DNA of 64,000 nt from Candidatus Cloacimonadales bacterium. Lineage in GTDB: Bacteria > Cloacimonadota > Cloacimonadia > Cloacimonadales > JAIOQZ01. Below the pieces are notes generated by a model, which had not been told where the DNA came from, did no database searches, and worked only from the letters and a program-made list of their open reading frames with translations. Position 1 is the stretch's first letter; each line of letters begins with the position of its first letter. Positions 19,403 through 28,275 of this stretch are shown one piece after another. The DNA is taken from positions 2,912,001 through 2,976,000 of the forward strand of contig OY771587.1 in NCBI GenBank assembly GCA_963674825.1, read 5' to 3'. Both the position numbers and the translations under genes were made by a program.

Positions 19403-20317
19403 TTATTTACCCTTGGTTTTCAGCTTGCCCAGTCCGTGCTCGATGATCGGCATCATGGTGTTGGCAAGAAGCAGTGCGAACATAAAGCCCTCCGGGAAGA
19501 GCGAATAGTTACGAATAAACACGGTAAGGAATCCGACCAGGATACCATATAGCCAGATCGCGTCGTTACGCTTGGGCATGGAAACGGGATCGGTTACCAT
19601 GAACACAGCACCGAACATCAGTCCGCCGGAAAGCATCATGGGAAGCGGATTTCCGCCGTCGAAAAGGAAACTGAACAGTGCGAAGCTCGCCAGCGTTGCG
19701 ACGATTGGCTGCCACTTGGCGGTCTTGGATGTAATCAGATAGAGCGCGGCGAAGATAATCAGAAGTGCGGATGTCTCGCCCATGCTACCCGGGATGAATC
19801 CGAGGAAAAGTTTGGTCAGGCAGGGGGCTGTTGCCGGGTCGGCGAGTTGGGGAATCGGCGTAGCGGATGTGATCTGTCCGGTGTTCATCCAGGTGGCAAA
19901 GCCTCCAGGGAACTTGATGAGCGGTTCGAGCCAGATCGTTTGCATGGCCTTCGGGAATGATATGTAAATAAACGTCCTGCCCACGATCGCCGGGTTGAAT
20001 AAATTCATGCCGAAGCCGCCGAATACCATTTTACCGAAGGTTACAGCGACAACAGAGCCTACGATCGCAATCCAGAAGGGGATCGTCGGTGGCAAAGTCA
20101 GCGCCAGGAGCGTGCCGGTGACGAATACCGCCATGGATACCTTGCCGCCTTTGCGCTTGCGAATGAAGAGATATTCGGTGACAAACGCGGCGATGTTGCT
20201 GATAGCTACAATCGCCAGAACGCGCCATCCGAAAAGGAATATCGACAGGATCATGATCGGCGCTAGAGCGATCAGCACGCGATTCATCATCACCTGTTTC
20301 ATCAGTAGCTTGTTCAT
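19403..20317 (-). CDS. nqrB: NqrB/RnfD-family membrane subunit
   Basis: FGGFGMNLFNPAIVGR, flavinylation motif ITSATP, PGSMGETS, FMVTDPVS, PEGFMFALLLAN. Confidence 0.85.
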   Translation of the reverse strand: MNKLLMKQVMMNRVLIALAPIMILSIFLFGWRVLAIVAISNIAAFVTEYLFIRKRKGGKVSMAVFVTGTLLALTLPPTIPFWIAIVGSVVAVTFGKMVFGGFGMNLFNPAIVGRTFIYISFPKAMQTIWLEPLIKFPGGFATWMNTGQITSATPIPQLADPATAPCLTKLFLGFIPGSMGETSALLIIFAALYLITSKTAKWQPIVATLASFALFSFLFDGGNPLPMMLSGGLMFGAVFMVTDPVSMPKRNDAIWLYGILVGFLTVFIRNYSLFPEGFMFALLLANTMMPIIEHGLGKLKTKGK

Positions 20318-20536
20318 TCATACCTCGTTGAAGAGATTGTTGTCTATAAGATCAAGATTGCGCGACATTTCGTCAACCATTTTCCCGAAATGAGTTAGAA
20401 AGAAGATCGATACTTGATGACAATGTGGGAAGCTATGTAATTTTGATGGCGTGAAATAGTGGGACGAAATAGCTTTTGAGTGCTCATCTCATTTTGATTG
20501 TTGCTACCATATTAATCGCTGCAAGAGCTGGAGAAT

Positions 20537-20738
20537 CCACACCACACGCAGCAGATTCGTTCGCATCCGAGCAGCCGTGTAATACGGTTTTTCGATTGAG
20601 ATATCAAATAAATTCAGGGCATCTCAATCGAAAAACCGTATTACACGGCATTGCGAGGGGATCGGGCGAATATGCGACGTGATTGTCATCTGCAAGCGGT
20701 ATTCTCTTCTCTCTCGCCCATTTTCAGGTGAGGGTCTC
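20537..20738 (-). repeat. Composite palindromic intergenic repeat, copy 3 (F-spacer-A-D-C), inverted
   Basis: Reverse complement reads GAGACCCTCACC...GCATATTCGCCCGATCCCC...GCCGTGTAATACGGTTTTTCGATTGAGAT...ATCTCAATCGAAAAACCGTATTACACGGCTGCTCGG..CGAACGAATCTGCTGCGTGTGGTGTG. Confidence 0.9.
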
Positions 20739-20748
20739 TTCAAACAAC

Positions 20749-22449
20749 TTACAGCTTCGTATCGATTCCGAAGTGAATGAAACCGTTCTGAGGCTCTGTC
20801 CAGGTGCCTTGCGAATAGCTGAGCGCGTAATCGAGCTGCAATTGCCCAATGGCGGTTTCCACACGAAGCCCTACGCCATACCCGAAGAGGTCATTCAGTC
20901 GCTGGGTCTCTTCACCTTCCATGTACTCCACATAACCATAATCGACAAATACGAACAGCCGTGACAGCCGTGACATGAGTTGCCTCACTTCCAGATTGAT
21001 CCATCCCAGGCGATGCCCGTGGAATTGGTTCTCCCGGAAACCGCGAAGGTTCGAACTTCCGCCCATCTCGAAGCTCTCGTAATCTTCGAGGTCGGTTTTC
21101 TCTTTCTCCTTGCCGTTGATAGAGGTCGCGAGAACGAGTCGCTTGTATAGCTTCTGATAATGATTCCAACCTATTTCGGTAGTATAGTAATTATCGTATT
21201 TGCCTTCGATCTGCTGGAAAGTGTGGTAGTAGCGAACGCTGAACTCGTCGCCATTGCTTGGATTGCGCAGGTAATCGACATCGTTGTAGTTCCAGAACAC
21301 ACCCGCCTTGCGGTAGGAGGTCTTATCGATCCGATATATCTTGCGTGAACCGGGATACACATCCTCGATGCCGGTATAGATACCGAATTCGTTGAAGAGA
21401 GTGTAGTAATAGACTTCAAGTTGCGCGGCCGATTGAATATAGGTGGAATCCACTTCCTCTCTGAAAAGCTCCAGGTCTGCCGCGACGGGAACGTCACCGA
21501 ATCCCGATTCGTGATACCCAAGTTCAACGTAACTGCGATCGGCACTATATCGCTGCCACTTGAGCGAAAGCGCACGATCGGTACCAAAGAGGTTGAGGAA
21601 ATCGAGGTTGAGATAGCCGGTAAATTGATCATCGCTGGTCTCATTCTTACTGTAACCCATGATACCGGTGAGATTGATCATCTTGTCTTCGGTAATGCGG
21701 AAAAGTACCGTACCTGCATCCACCGGGATCACTTCGCACTCTTTAATGTAATCCTTCTTGCCGATGTTCTCACTGATGCGGTTGAGCAGAGGCAGGGTGA
21801 GTACATCGATCGTACGGATGCGTGATAGCCTTAGCAGTGTCTCTTCGGTCGTGACCTTGTTACCCTCGAATCGGTATTTCTGCGGCAGGCAGCGCGGTCC
21901 CTCGAAGATGGTGAGATACGCGGTATAGCTTCCTTTGCGGTTCACCAGTGAATCGAGACGCGCGTCGGCAAAAAGGAATCCCTGTCCGGCGTAGATGTCC
22001 GGAATCTGGTAGATTGCGGAAGATATATCCTGCAGTGAAGCGGGTTCGTCGTTACCGATTCCCGACATCTCGCGCAGCTTGTAATCCGAGAGCAGCCTGT
22101 TGCCGCTGAACACAAGCGAATCCGCCACGATGCGTTCATTCTCATGGATGGTGAAGATAACATCAACCCGATTGGAAGCGACGATCTCGATGTGTGGGTA
22201 TTCGACGACGATATTGAAACGGCCGTAGCGCTGGTAATACTCCATGATCTTGCGACTGTCCGAATTGGCCTTGTCCTGATCGAACCGTTCATCCGGTTTA
22301 AGGGAGATCACGGATTGAAGCTGTCGGTTGGTGAACATTTGGTTGCCGTTGAAATGAATCTCATTGACTTCCATTGCCTGCTCTTGCGATTGCAGCAAGC
22401 TTATGGAAAGGATGCAAAACAAAGCGATTACGATGATGCGTGCGTTCAT
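20749..22449 (-). CDS. Omp85 (BamA/TamA)-family outer-membrane protein with POTRA domains
   Basis: Signal peptide, POTRA-like 'IHFNGNQMF' and 'FEGNKVT', L6 motif MGGSSNLRGF, C-terminal GYGVGLR...LQLDYA...IHFGI. Confidence 0.85.
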   Translation of the reverse strand: MNARIIVIALFCILSISLLQSQEQAMEVNEIHFNGNQMFTNRQLQSVISLKPDERFDQDKANSDSRKIMEYYQRYGRFNIVVEYPHIEIVASNRVDVIFTIHENERIVADSLVFSGNRLLSDYKLREMSGIGNDEPASLQDISSAIYQIPDIYAGQGFLFADARLDSLVNRKGSYTAYLTIFEGPRCLPQKYRFEGNKVTTEETLLRLSRIRTIDVLTLPLLNRISENIGKKDYIKECEVIPVDAGTVLFRITEDKMINLTGIMGYSKNETSDDQFTGYLNLDFLNLFGTDRALSLKWQRYSADRSYVELGYHESGFGDVPVAADLELFREEVDSTYIQSAAQLEVYYYTLFNEFGIYTGIEDVYPGSRKIYRIDKTSYRKAGVFWNYNDVDYLRNPSNGDEFSVRYYHTFQQIEGKYDNYYTTEIGWNHYQKLYKRLVLATSINGKEKEKTDLEDYESFEMGGSSNLRGFRENQFHGHRLGWINLEVRQLMSRLSRLFVFVDYGYVEYMEGEETQRLNDLFGYGVGLRVETAIGQLQLDYALSYSQGTWTEPQNGFIHFGIDTKL

Positions 22450-22454
22450 CGAGC

Positions 22455-23516
22455 CTACATGTCCTCCCGGATCGTCTGGATCAGTGTGTCGATGAGCCTC
22501 TCTTCAGGAACCTTGGCGATAATCTCACCCTTGCGGAAGATCAGCCCTTCTCCGATACCCCCCGCGAGTCCGTAATCGGCTTCACGAGCCTCACCGGGAC
22601 CGTTTACTACACAGCCCATGACCGCGACGGTCAAGTCCAACTCATTCATGTCTGCCAGCCGACGCTCAACCTCTTCCGCCAGACTCACAAGGTCGATGCG
22701 CGTTCTACCGCAGGTCGGGCAGGAGACGATGCGAAGACCTTTGCGGAGATCAAGCGACTTCAGGATCTCGAAGCCAACGTAAACTTCCTTCACCGGATCG
22801 GTGGTCAGCGAGACACGAATCGTGTCGCCAATGCCTTCGGAAAGCAACGTGCCGATACCAACCGAAGAGCGGATGGTGCCGGTAAACTGTGTTCCGGCCT
22901 CGGTCACGCCCAAATGCAACGGGTAGTCCACTCGATTGGAAAGGATACGATAAGCTTCGACCATCATCGGAACCGAGGACGCCTTCACGGATATTTTCAT
23001 CTCGTAATAGCCGCAACGCTCCAGGATCGCGACATGCTGAAGTGCACTTTCCACCAATGCGATAGGCGTTACGCCGTACTTTGTAAGGATATCCTTGTCG
23101 ATGGAACCGCTGTTGACACCGATGCGGATGGGGATACTCTTCTCACGAGCTGCATCGACAACCTTGCGAACATTCTCCTCCGAGCCGATGTTGCCGGGAT
23201 TGAGTCGAAGTCCGTCGATGCCGTGCTTCAACGCTTCCAGTGCGAGCTTGTAGTTGAAATGGATATCCGCCACGAGTGGGGTAGAGGTCGCTTTACGAAT
23301 CTCTTTCAGCGCGTTCGCGGCATCCATGTCCGGTACGGCCAGTCTGATAACCTGGCATCCGGCTGATTCGAGTTCTCGTATCTGCCTGATGGTTTTCTCG
23401 ACGTCATGCGTCGGCGTATTGAGCATTGATTGCACGGAGACGGGATGATCGCCACCTATGTAAAGGTCGCGGAGCTTTATGATACGTGTTTTTTTGCGAT
23501 TGAATGTTGTTTCCAT
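22455..23516 (-). CDS. ispG: 4-hydroxy-3-methylbut-2-en-1-yl diphosphate synthase
   Basis: SVQSM, PLVADIHF, LRLNPGNIG, PLHLGVTEAG, GIGDTIRVSL, SCPTCGR, VMGCVVNGPGE. Start trimmed to ATG 23516 (METTF). Confidence 0.96.
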   Translation of the reverse strand: METTFNRKKTRIIKLRDLYIGGDHPVSVQSMLNTPTHDVEKTIRQIRELESAGCQVIRLAVPDMDAANALKEIRKATSTPLVADIHFNYKLALEALKHGIDGLRLNPGNIGSEENVRKVVDAAREKSIPIRIGVNSGSIDKDILTKYGVTPIALVESALQHVAILERCGYYEMKISVKASSVPMMVEAYRILSNRVDYPLHLGVTEAGTQFTGTIRSSVGIGTLLSEGIGDTIRVSLTTDPVKEVYVGFEILKSLDLRKGLRIVSCPTCGRTRIDLVSLAEEVERRLADMNELDLTVAVMGCVVNGPGEAREADYGLAGGIGEGLIFRKGEIIAKVPEERLIDTLIQTIREDM

Positions 23517-23518
23517 GA

Positions 23519-24160
23519 TTATACCCCTTGTTTGTCGGGATCCCAGATGAAGCGGTGAAGTTGCAACTGCATGCGAACTGGGGGTCTGTCCTGCATTATC
23601 CATCCGGCAAGCTCTTCCGGGTCGAGTTCCCCGAGTACCGGCGACAGGATGTTGATGTGATGCTCGAGCCGATGACGATTGATGAAATCGAGCGCGAAAA
23701 GATAGTCGTTTCGATCGGACAGGACAAACTTGATTTCGTCGTGACCAGGCTGGAGACGCGGAAGGTTGTCGAGTAGGATGGAGCCTTGCTCATGGCTTCC
23801 AGGGCATTTTACGTCCATGATGACATGCACGCTATATGGGATTTCCTCCAGAGAAACAGAACCGTTGGTTTCCAGCAGAACGGTGTATTTTTCTTCCAAC
23901 AAGCGCTGGATCAGGGTTGTGGATTCATATTGAAGGAGCGGCTCGCCACCGGTGATTTCCACCAGCTTGATGGGTTTGTATTGCTCAATGGAACGGACAA
24001 TCTCGTCGATGTTCATCGCGAATTTGGGTTCGAAAGCATATTGTGTATCGCAGTAGCGGCAGCGAAGGTTACAGCCTGAAGTACGTATGAAAATGCAGGG
24101 AACTCCAGCAAAGGTTGATTCACCCTGGATGCTGGCAAAAATCTCGTAGAGTTGGATCAT
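23519..24160 (-). CDS. queE: 7-carboxy-7-deazaguanine synthase (radical SAM)
   Basis: EIFASIQGE, GCNLRCRYCDT, ITGGEPL, LETNG, QLQLHRFIW. Confidence 0.9.
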   Translation of the reverse strand: MIQLYEIFASIQGESTFAGVPCIFIRTSGCNLRCRYCDTQYAFEPKFAMNIDEIVRSIEQYKPIKLVEITGGEPLLQYESTTLIQRLLEEKYTVLLETNGSVSLEEIPYSVHVIMDVKCPGSHEQGSILLDNLPRLQPGHDEIKFVLSDRNDYLFALDFINRHRLEHHINILSPVLGELDPEELAGWIMQDRPPVRMQLQLHRFIWDPDKQGV

Positions 24161-25359
24161 TCTATGGGCAGATAGGGGAATGTCTTTCGCGTGCCGAGAT
24201 ATCCCTGGATCGTGTCCAGAATTCCGGCCGGATTGCCCAGCACGAATTTTTCCCGGTTGCCTGCCTTGAAGACGGTGTAATCGTTTTCGTTCAGGTTGAA
24301 GACTTCCATAAATTCGATGTCGCCGTAAAGGATGCGGTTGTTGAGTGCGAAAATCCGAATGTTTTCGGTATTGCTGAGCAGTATGTTTTCGAAAGGATCC
24401 TCATGCTTGCGATCGAGCACCAGAAGATTGCCAGAAAGGTCATTTAGGCGGCCATATGTCAACGGCTTGAGCAACGCATAAGCGGCATTGACCGTCACCA
24501 TGCGGTACAATTCTTTCGAAGGAATCGACGGCAACATCTCGTGCGCTTTACGGATCTCGCTGAAAAGATTTGTCGTGCCGGACATGGTGGAATCGGTTCC
24601 GATTACCACATTGACACCCCGTTCAAGGCACTCTTCTATATCGGCGGTTTTACCGAGCAGGAATTCGTTTGAGCCCGGACACCAGCAGATGGTCGCGCCG
24701 GCTTCACCGGTTTGCACGATCTCTTCTTTGGTGAAAGATACGCAGTGGATCATCATGGTGTTACGTTTAAGAAGGCCGCGATCACGGACAAGTGTGAATT
24801 CACCGCGCGTCCGATCGTCGAGTCCTTCGCCAACATGGATGATGAACGGCATCGTTCCACCGGTAGCTGCCATCTCTTCTTCGGCTTTCATTCCACCCCA
24901 CCAGTTACCCAGCGTGATCGAGTGGCACTGATAGTAATCTTTCAGTATCTCGATCGGGCGATTCTGGTAGTATTGGTCGATCTGCCGTGGTGCATGATCC
25001 TGTACGAGTCCCACACCGGAGAAGAGATTCTTATAGATGCCAAGATTGACCAGAATGGTGGCGTTGCCTTCGATCAGGTTGAAAGAGCCATCGTTGAGCC
25101 AGACTTTGTCCCGCTCGCGGTATGACGCGGCGTCCTTCATGTCCTCGACCCATATATGCGAATTGATATACGGGCGATTATGCCCGGCGCGCGGGTACCA
25201 GTTACCCACCAGGTGATCGTGTGAGTTGATCAGCGGTGGGTAAGCGATACTATCGCGAATTTCTTTAATTCGGGTATTGGCAAAATCCCCCAGACGTACC
25301 TCTGTATTGGTTAAAATCCTGTCTGGACTTTCTACAGCGAACGGGAGATAGAAGATCAT
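24157..25359 (-). CDS. Amidohydrolase-superfamily protein
   Basis: LINSHDHL, FIIHVGEG, MIHCV, WCPGSN, IGTDS, MVTVNAA. Confidence 0.85.
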   Translation of the reverse strand: MIFYLPFAVESPDRILTNTEVRLGDFANTRIKEIRDSIAYPPLINSHDHLVGNWYPRAGHNRPYINSHIWVEDMKDAASYRERDKVWLNDGSFNLIEGNATILVNLGIYKNLFSGVGLVQDHAPRQIDQYYQNRPIEILKDYYQCHSITLGNWWGGMKAEEEMAATGGTMPFIIHVGEGLDDRTRGEFTLVRDRGLLKRNTMMIHCVSFTKEEIVQTGEAGATICWCPGSNEFLLGKTADIEECLERGVNVVIGTDSTMSGTTNLFSEIRKAHEMLPSIPSKELYRMVTVNAAYALLKPLTYGRLNDLSGNLLVLDRKHEDPFENILLSNTENIRIFALNNRILYGDIEFMEVFNLNENDYTVFKAGNREKFVLGNPAGILDTIQGYLGTRKTFPYLPIE

Positions 25360-25362
25360 GCC

Positions 25363-26541
25363 TTAGTCCTTGAATTTCTTGTTTAAAAGTGGGATAATCT
25401 CGTGCAGATCGCCAACGATTCCGAGATCGGCAACGTTGAAGATCGGCGCATCGGCGTCTTTGTTGATCGCGATGATGTAGTCGGATGACGACATACCGGC
25501 CAGATGCTGGATTGCTCCAGATATACCGCATGCGATGTAGATCTTCGGTTTGATGGTCTTTCCGGTCTGTCCTACCTGGTGCGGGTAGGGGATCCATTCA
25601 GCGTCAACTGCCGCTCTGGATGCTCCGACTGCGCCGCCAAGGTTCTTCGCAAGTTCGTGTAGCATCTCGAAGTTCTTCGGATCCTTCACACCGCGTCCGC
25701 CTGATACGACGAAGTTCGCTTCGGTGATATTGACAGCCTGACCTTCGTCTTTGACTCGTTCCAGAAGGCATGTTTCCATGTCGTCGAAATCGATCTGTTC
25801 GCTGACAACGGTTCCCGAACGCTCTGCATCCTTTTCCATCGGAGTCATGACTTTGTGACGAACGGTCGCCATTTGCGGTCTGTGATCCGGTGTCAGGATT
25901 GTTGCCATAATGTTACCGCCGAATGCCGGACGGGTCTGCAACAGGTTACCGCTGTCGGGATCAATATCCAGCCCGGTACAGTCGGCAGTGAGCCCAGTAT
26001 GAAGCTCAACCGCGACGCGCGGGATAAAGGAACGGCCTATGTTGGTCGCACCAGCGAGGATGATCTCGGGCTTATATTGTTTAGCGAGCTGTGTCATAGC
26101 GTGCGAAAATGGGATATCGTCGAATTGTTCCAGAAGCGGATGATCGACGATGATGACCTTGTCGGCTCCGTGTGCGATCAGTTCTTCCGAGAGCGGTTCG
26201 ACTTCGTTGCCGAAGAGGATCGCGGTAAGTTCGCTTTCACGCTGGTCGGCGAGTTCACGGCCTTTTCCGAGCAGCTCGAGTGATACGGGCGCAACTTCCT
26301 TGCCGTCGTGAAGTTCGGCAAAGACCCAGACGCCTTTGTATTCGGATTTATCGATTTCAACTTTTCCGTGTTTGCGGATGATGATCGCGTCAAATTTACA
26401 TTCACTGACGCATGCTCCGCAGAGAACGCACTTATCCGCGTTGATTTCCGCGAGTTTATCTTTGATTTCGATTGCGTCGTAAGCGCAAGCCTTCAAACAT
26501 AAACCGCAACCAACACATTTTTCAACGATTACTTCAATCAT
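25363..26541 (-). CDS. etfA: Electron transfer flavoprotein alpha subunit with an N-terminal 2x[4Fe-4S] ferredoxin domain
   Basis: CVGCGLC..C and CVLCGAC..C, TGLTADCT, TRPAFGGN, VSGGRG, QVGQTGK, GISGAIQH. Confidence 0.93.
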   Translation of the reverse strand: MIEVIVEKCVGCGLCLKACAYDAIEIKDKLAEINADKCVLCGACVSECKFDAIIIRKHGKVEIDKSEYKGVWVFAELHDGKEVAPVSLELLGKGRELADQRESELTAILFGNEVEPLSEELIAHGADKVIIVDHPLLEQFDDIPFSHAMTQLAKQYKPEIILAGATNIGRSFIPRVAVELHTGLTADCTGLDIDPDSGNLLQTRPAFGGNIMATILTPDHRPQMATVRHKVMTPMEKDAERSGTVVSEQIDFDDMETCLLERVKDEGQAVNITEANFVVSGGRGVKDPKNFEMLHELAKNLGGAVGASRAAVDAEWIPYPHQVGQTGKTIKPKIYIACGISGAIQHLAGMSSSDYIIAINKDADAPIFNVADLGIVGDLHEIIPLLNKKFKD

Positions 26542-26711
26542 TCAGACTCCCATAGCGATTTTTGGTAAACAAAGAATTACTTCTGGAATTGGATGCTCTG
26601 TCAAGACTTTTTGTAAGAATCAGCAATATTCGGTCAGAGACTTACGATGGTATGCAGATGATAACTGCATGAAATCTATGACATTGCGCCTTTATATGTT
26701 GTTGTGAGATG

Positions 26712-26737
26712 AAAAAAAGGCGACACAAGTGCCGCCT
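26712..26737 (-). terminator. Rho-independent terminator after the CTD-only gene
   Basis: Minus strand AGGCGGCAC-TT-GTGTCGCCT followed by a T-run. Confidence 0.65.
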
Positions 26738-26763
26738 ATGATGCAAATCGTTTATCGTACTAC

Positions 26764-27126
26764 CTATTTGAGTATGATGAACTTCTTGACCGAGGTAAAC
26801 TTAGCCTGGTTTGAAACCTCGCAAGTGTACCGACCGGTTGGAAGGTCGTTACCGGCGTCATCTTTTCCACACCAGCTGAACTGGTGGTAGCCATCGGAAA
26901 GCAGACCACCATAAATGTGCTTTACTATCTGGTTATTTGAATCATAGATAACCAGATTAGTGTAGGTTGTATGCTGTACGGCTACTGTTATCGTTGTCTC
27001 AAACTCAAACGGGTTAGGTGAGATACTCAAACCAAAAAGAGCTTCAATTCCTCTCGATGTACCAATCGCATGGAGCATCGAACCAACGAGCAGCACGAAC
27101 ATCAACATCATTATTGTACGTCTCAT
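26764..27126 (-). CDS. Small secreted protein: signal peptide + FlgD-Ig/T9SS-type C-terminal domain only
   Basis: SISPNPFEFETTI...IYDSNNQIVK...WCGKDDAGNDLPTGRY...KKFIILK; RBS AGGAGG. Confidence 0.85.
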   Translation of the reverse strand: MRRTIMMLMFVLLVGSMLHAIGTSRGIEALFGLSISPNPFEFETTITVAVQHTTYTNLVIYDSNNQIVKHIYGGLLSDGYHQFSWCGKDDAGNDLPTGRYTCEVSNQAKFTSVKKFIILK

Positions 27127-27168
27127 CTTAACCTCCTGATATCACTTATAGGTTTTTTTCTATTATAA

Positions 27169-27184
27169 TGCAAATATCGTTCCA
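27169..27184 (-). promoter_or_regulatory. Sigma54 (-24/-12) promoter
   Basis: Minus strand TGGAACGATATTTGCA = GG-N10-GC with TTGCA, about 40 nt upstream of ATG 27126. Confidence 0.7.
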
Positions 27185-27204
27185 TATTTACTGGGGTGAG
27201 ATAA

Positions 27205-28146
27205 TCAGCTGGATTGCCGATTCCTGTCACATAAAAATAAACTGCCCCGCAAGGCTGCTTGATTGCCATACCTTGCCTTGGCAATTAATACATGTTCCTG
27301 GATTTCTGGCAAGAGAAATTTTAAAATCTCTTGCCGGAGCGCGTCAAACGGATATGCTTCAATATCCGCTACCCCTCCGCCGATCAACACAATGTCACAG
27401 TCCAGAAGCGTAATCGCATTGGCAACGGCCTGTCCGAGGTAGCTTACAGATTTTTTTACGATGTAGTGTATCGATTCGTTTACGGTTGCCATCTCAAGTG
27501 CCTGTTTCACTGTCATTGTGTAACCATGGTTTACAGTATCGTCGTGTACATCCGATAATGCTTCGATACTTTGCTCGATCAATCCGGTTGCAGAACTGTA
27601 TGCCTCTACGCAGCCTTTTTTACCGCACTTGCATAAGCGCCCATCCGGCATGACGACGGTGTGTCCGAGTTCCATCGACATGAAATTCTCGCCGCGATAG
27701 ATCTGATCGTTGATTACCAATCCGCTTCCGATGCCGGTGCCGATGGTAATGCCGAGAACTGTTTTATCGAAATTGTAGTGCGAGGCTTCGCCGAAGGCCA
27801 TGAGGTTGGCGTCGTTCTCGATATACGCCGGGATGCCGAACGTATCGCTGAGCATGGCTGTTGGCTGTGCGCCGCGCCATTCTGGCAGGTTGGGTGAATA
27901 GCCGAGGACAATCCCGCGATTGGAGTCGATTGTGCCGGGTGATCCCAAGGCGACAGCAGAGACAGGTTGCCCTGCGTGATCGTTGATCTTCTGTACCGCA
28001 GTGCGAAGCAGACGATACAATCCATCCAGCGAACGGTCGTCAACGGGGAGCTTATCGTGCATCAGGATACCGTCAACCGGATTTCCATATCCATATTTTA
28101 AGAAGGACCCGCCAATGTCGAGTCCGGCGTAGAGTGGTCTGTTCAA
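27205..28146 (-). CDS. ROK-family sugar kinase (glucokinase-like)
   Basis: GLDIGGS, ENDAN, GTGIGSG, ELGH...CKCGKKGCVE. Confidence 0.92.
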   Translation of the reverse strand: MNRPLYAGLDIGGSFLKYGYGNPVDGILMHDKLPVDDRSLDGLYRLLRTAVQKINDHAGQPVSAVALGSPGTIDSNRGIVLGYSPNLPEWRGAQPTAMLSDTFGIPAYIENDANLMAFGEASHYNFDKTVLGITIGTGIGSGLVINDQIYRGENFMSMELGHTVVMPDGRLCKCGKKGCVEAYSSATGLIEQSIEALSDVHDDTVNHGYTMTVKQALEMATVNESIHYIVKKSVSYLGQAVANAITLLDCDIVLIGGGVADIEAYPFDALRQEILKFLLPEIQEHVLIAKARYGNQAALRGSLFLCDRNRQSS

Positions 28147-28275
28147 TGTAACCTCCGGTAAAATTGAGAAACCCGATATCGAATCGTCAATGGAAATTCT
28201 TCACAAACCTTAGCCGGGCCTCGTGTGTTTGACGAAAAACCTTGACAGAAAGGGTTTGGGGCATGGTATAGAGGT

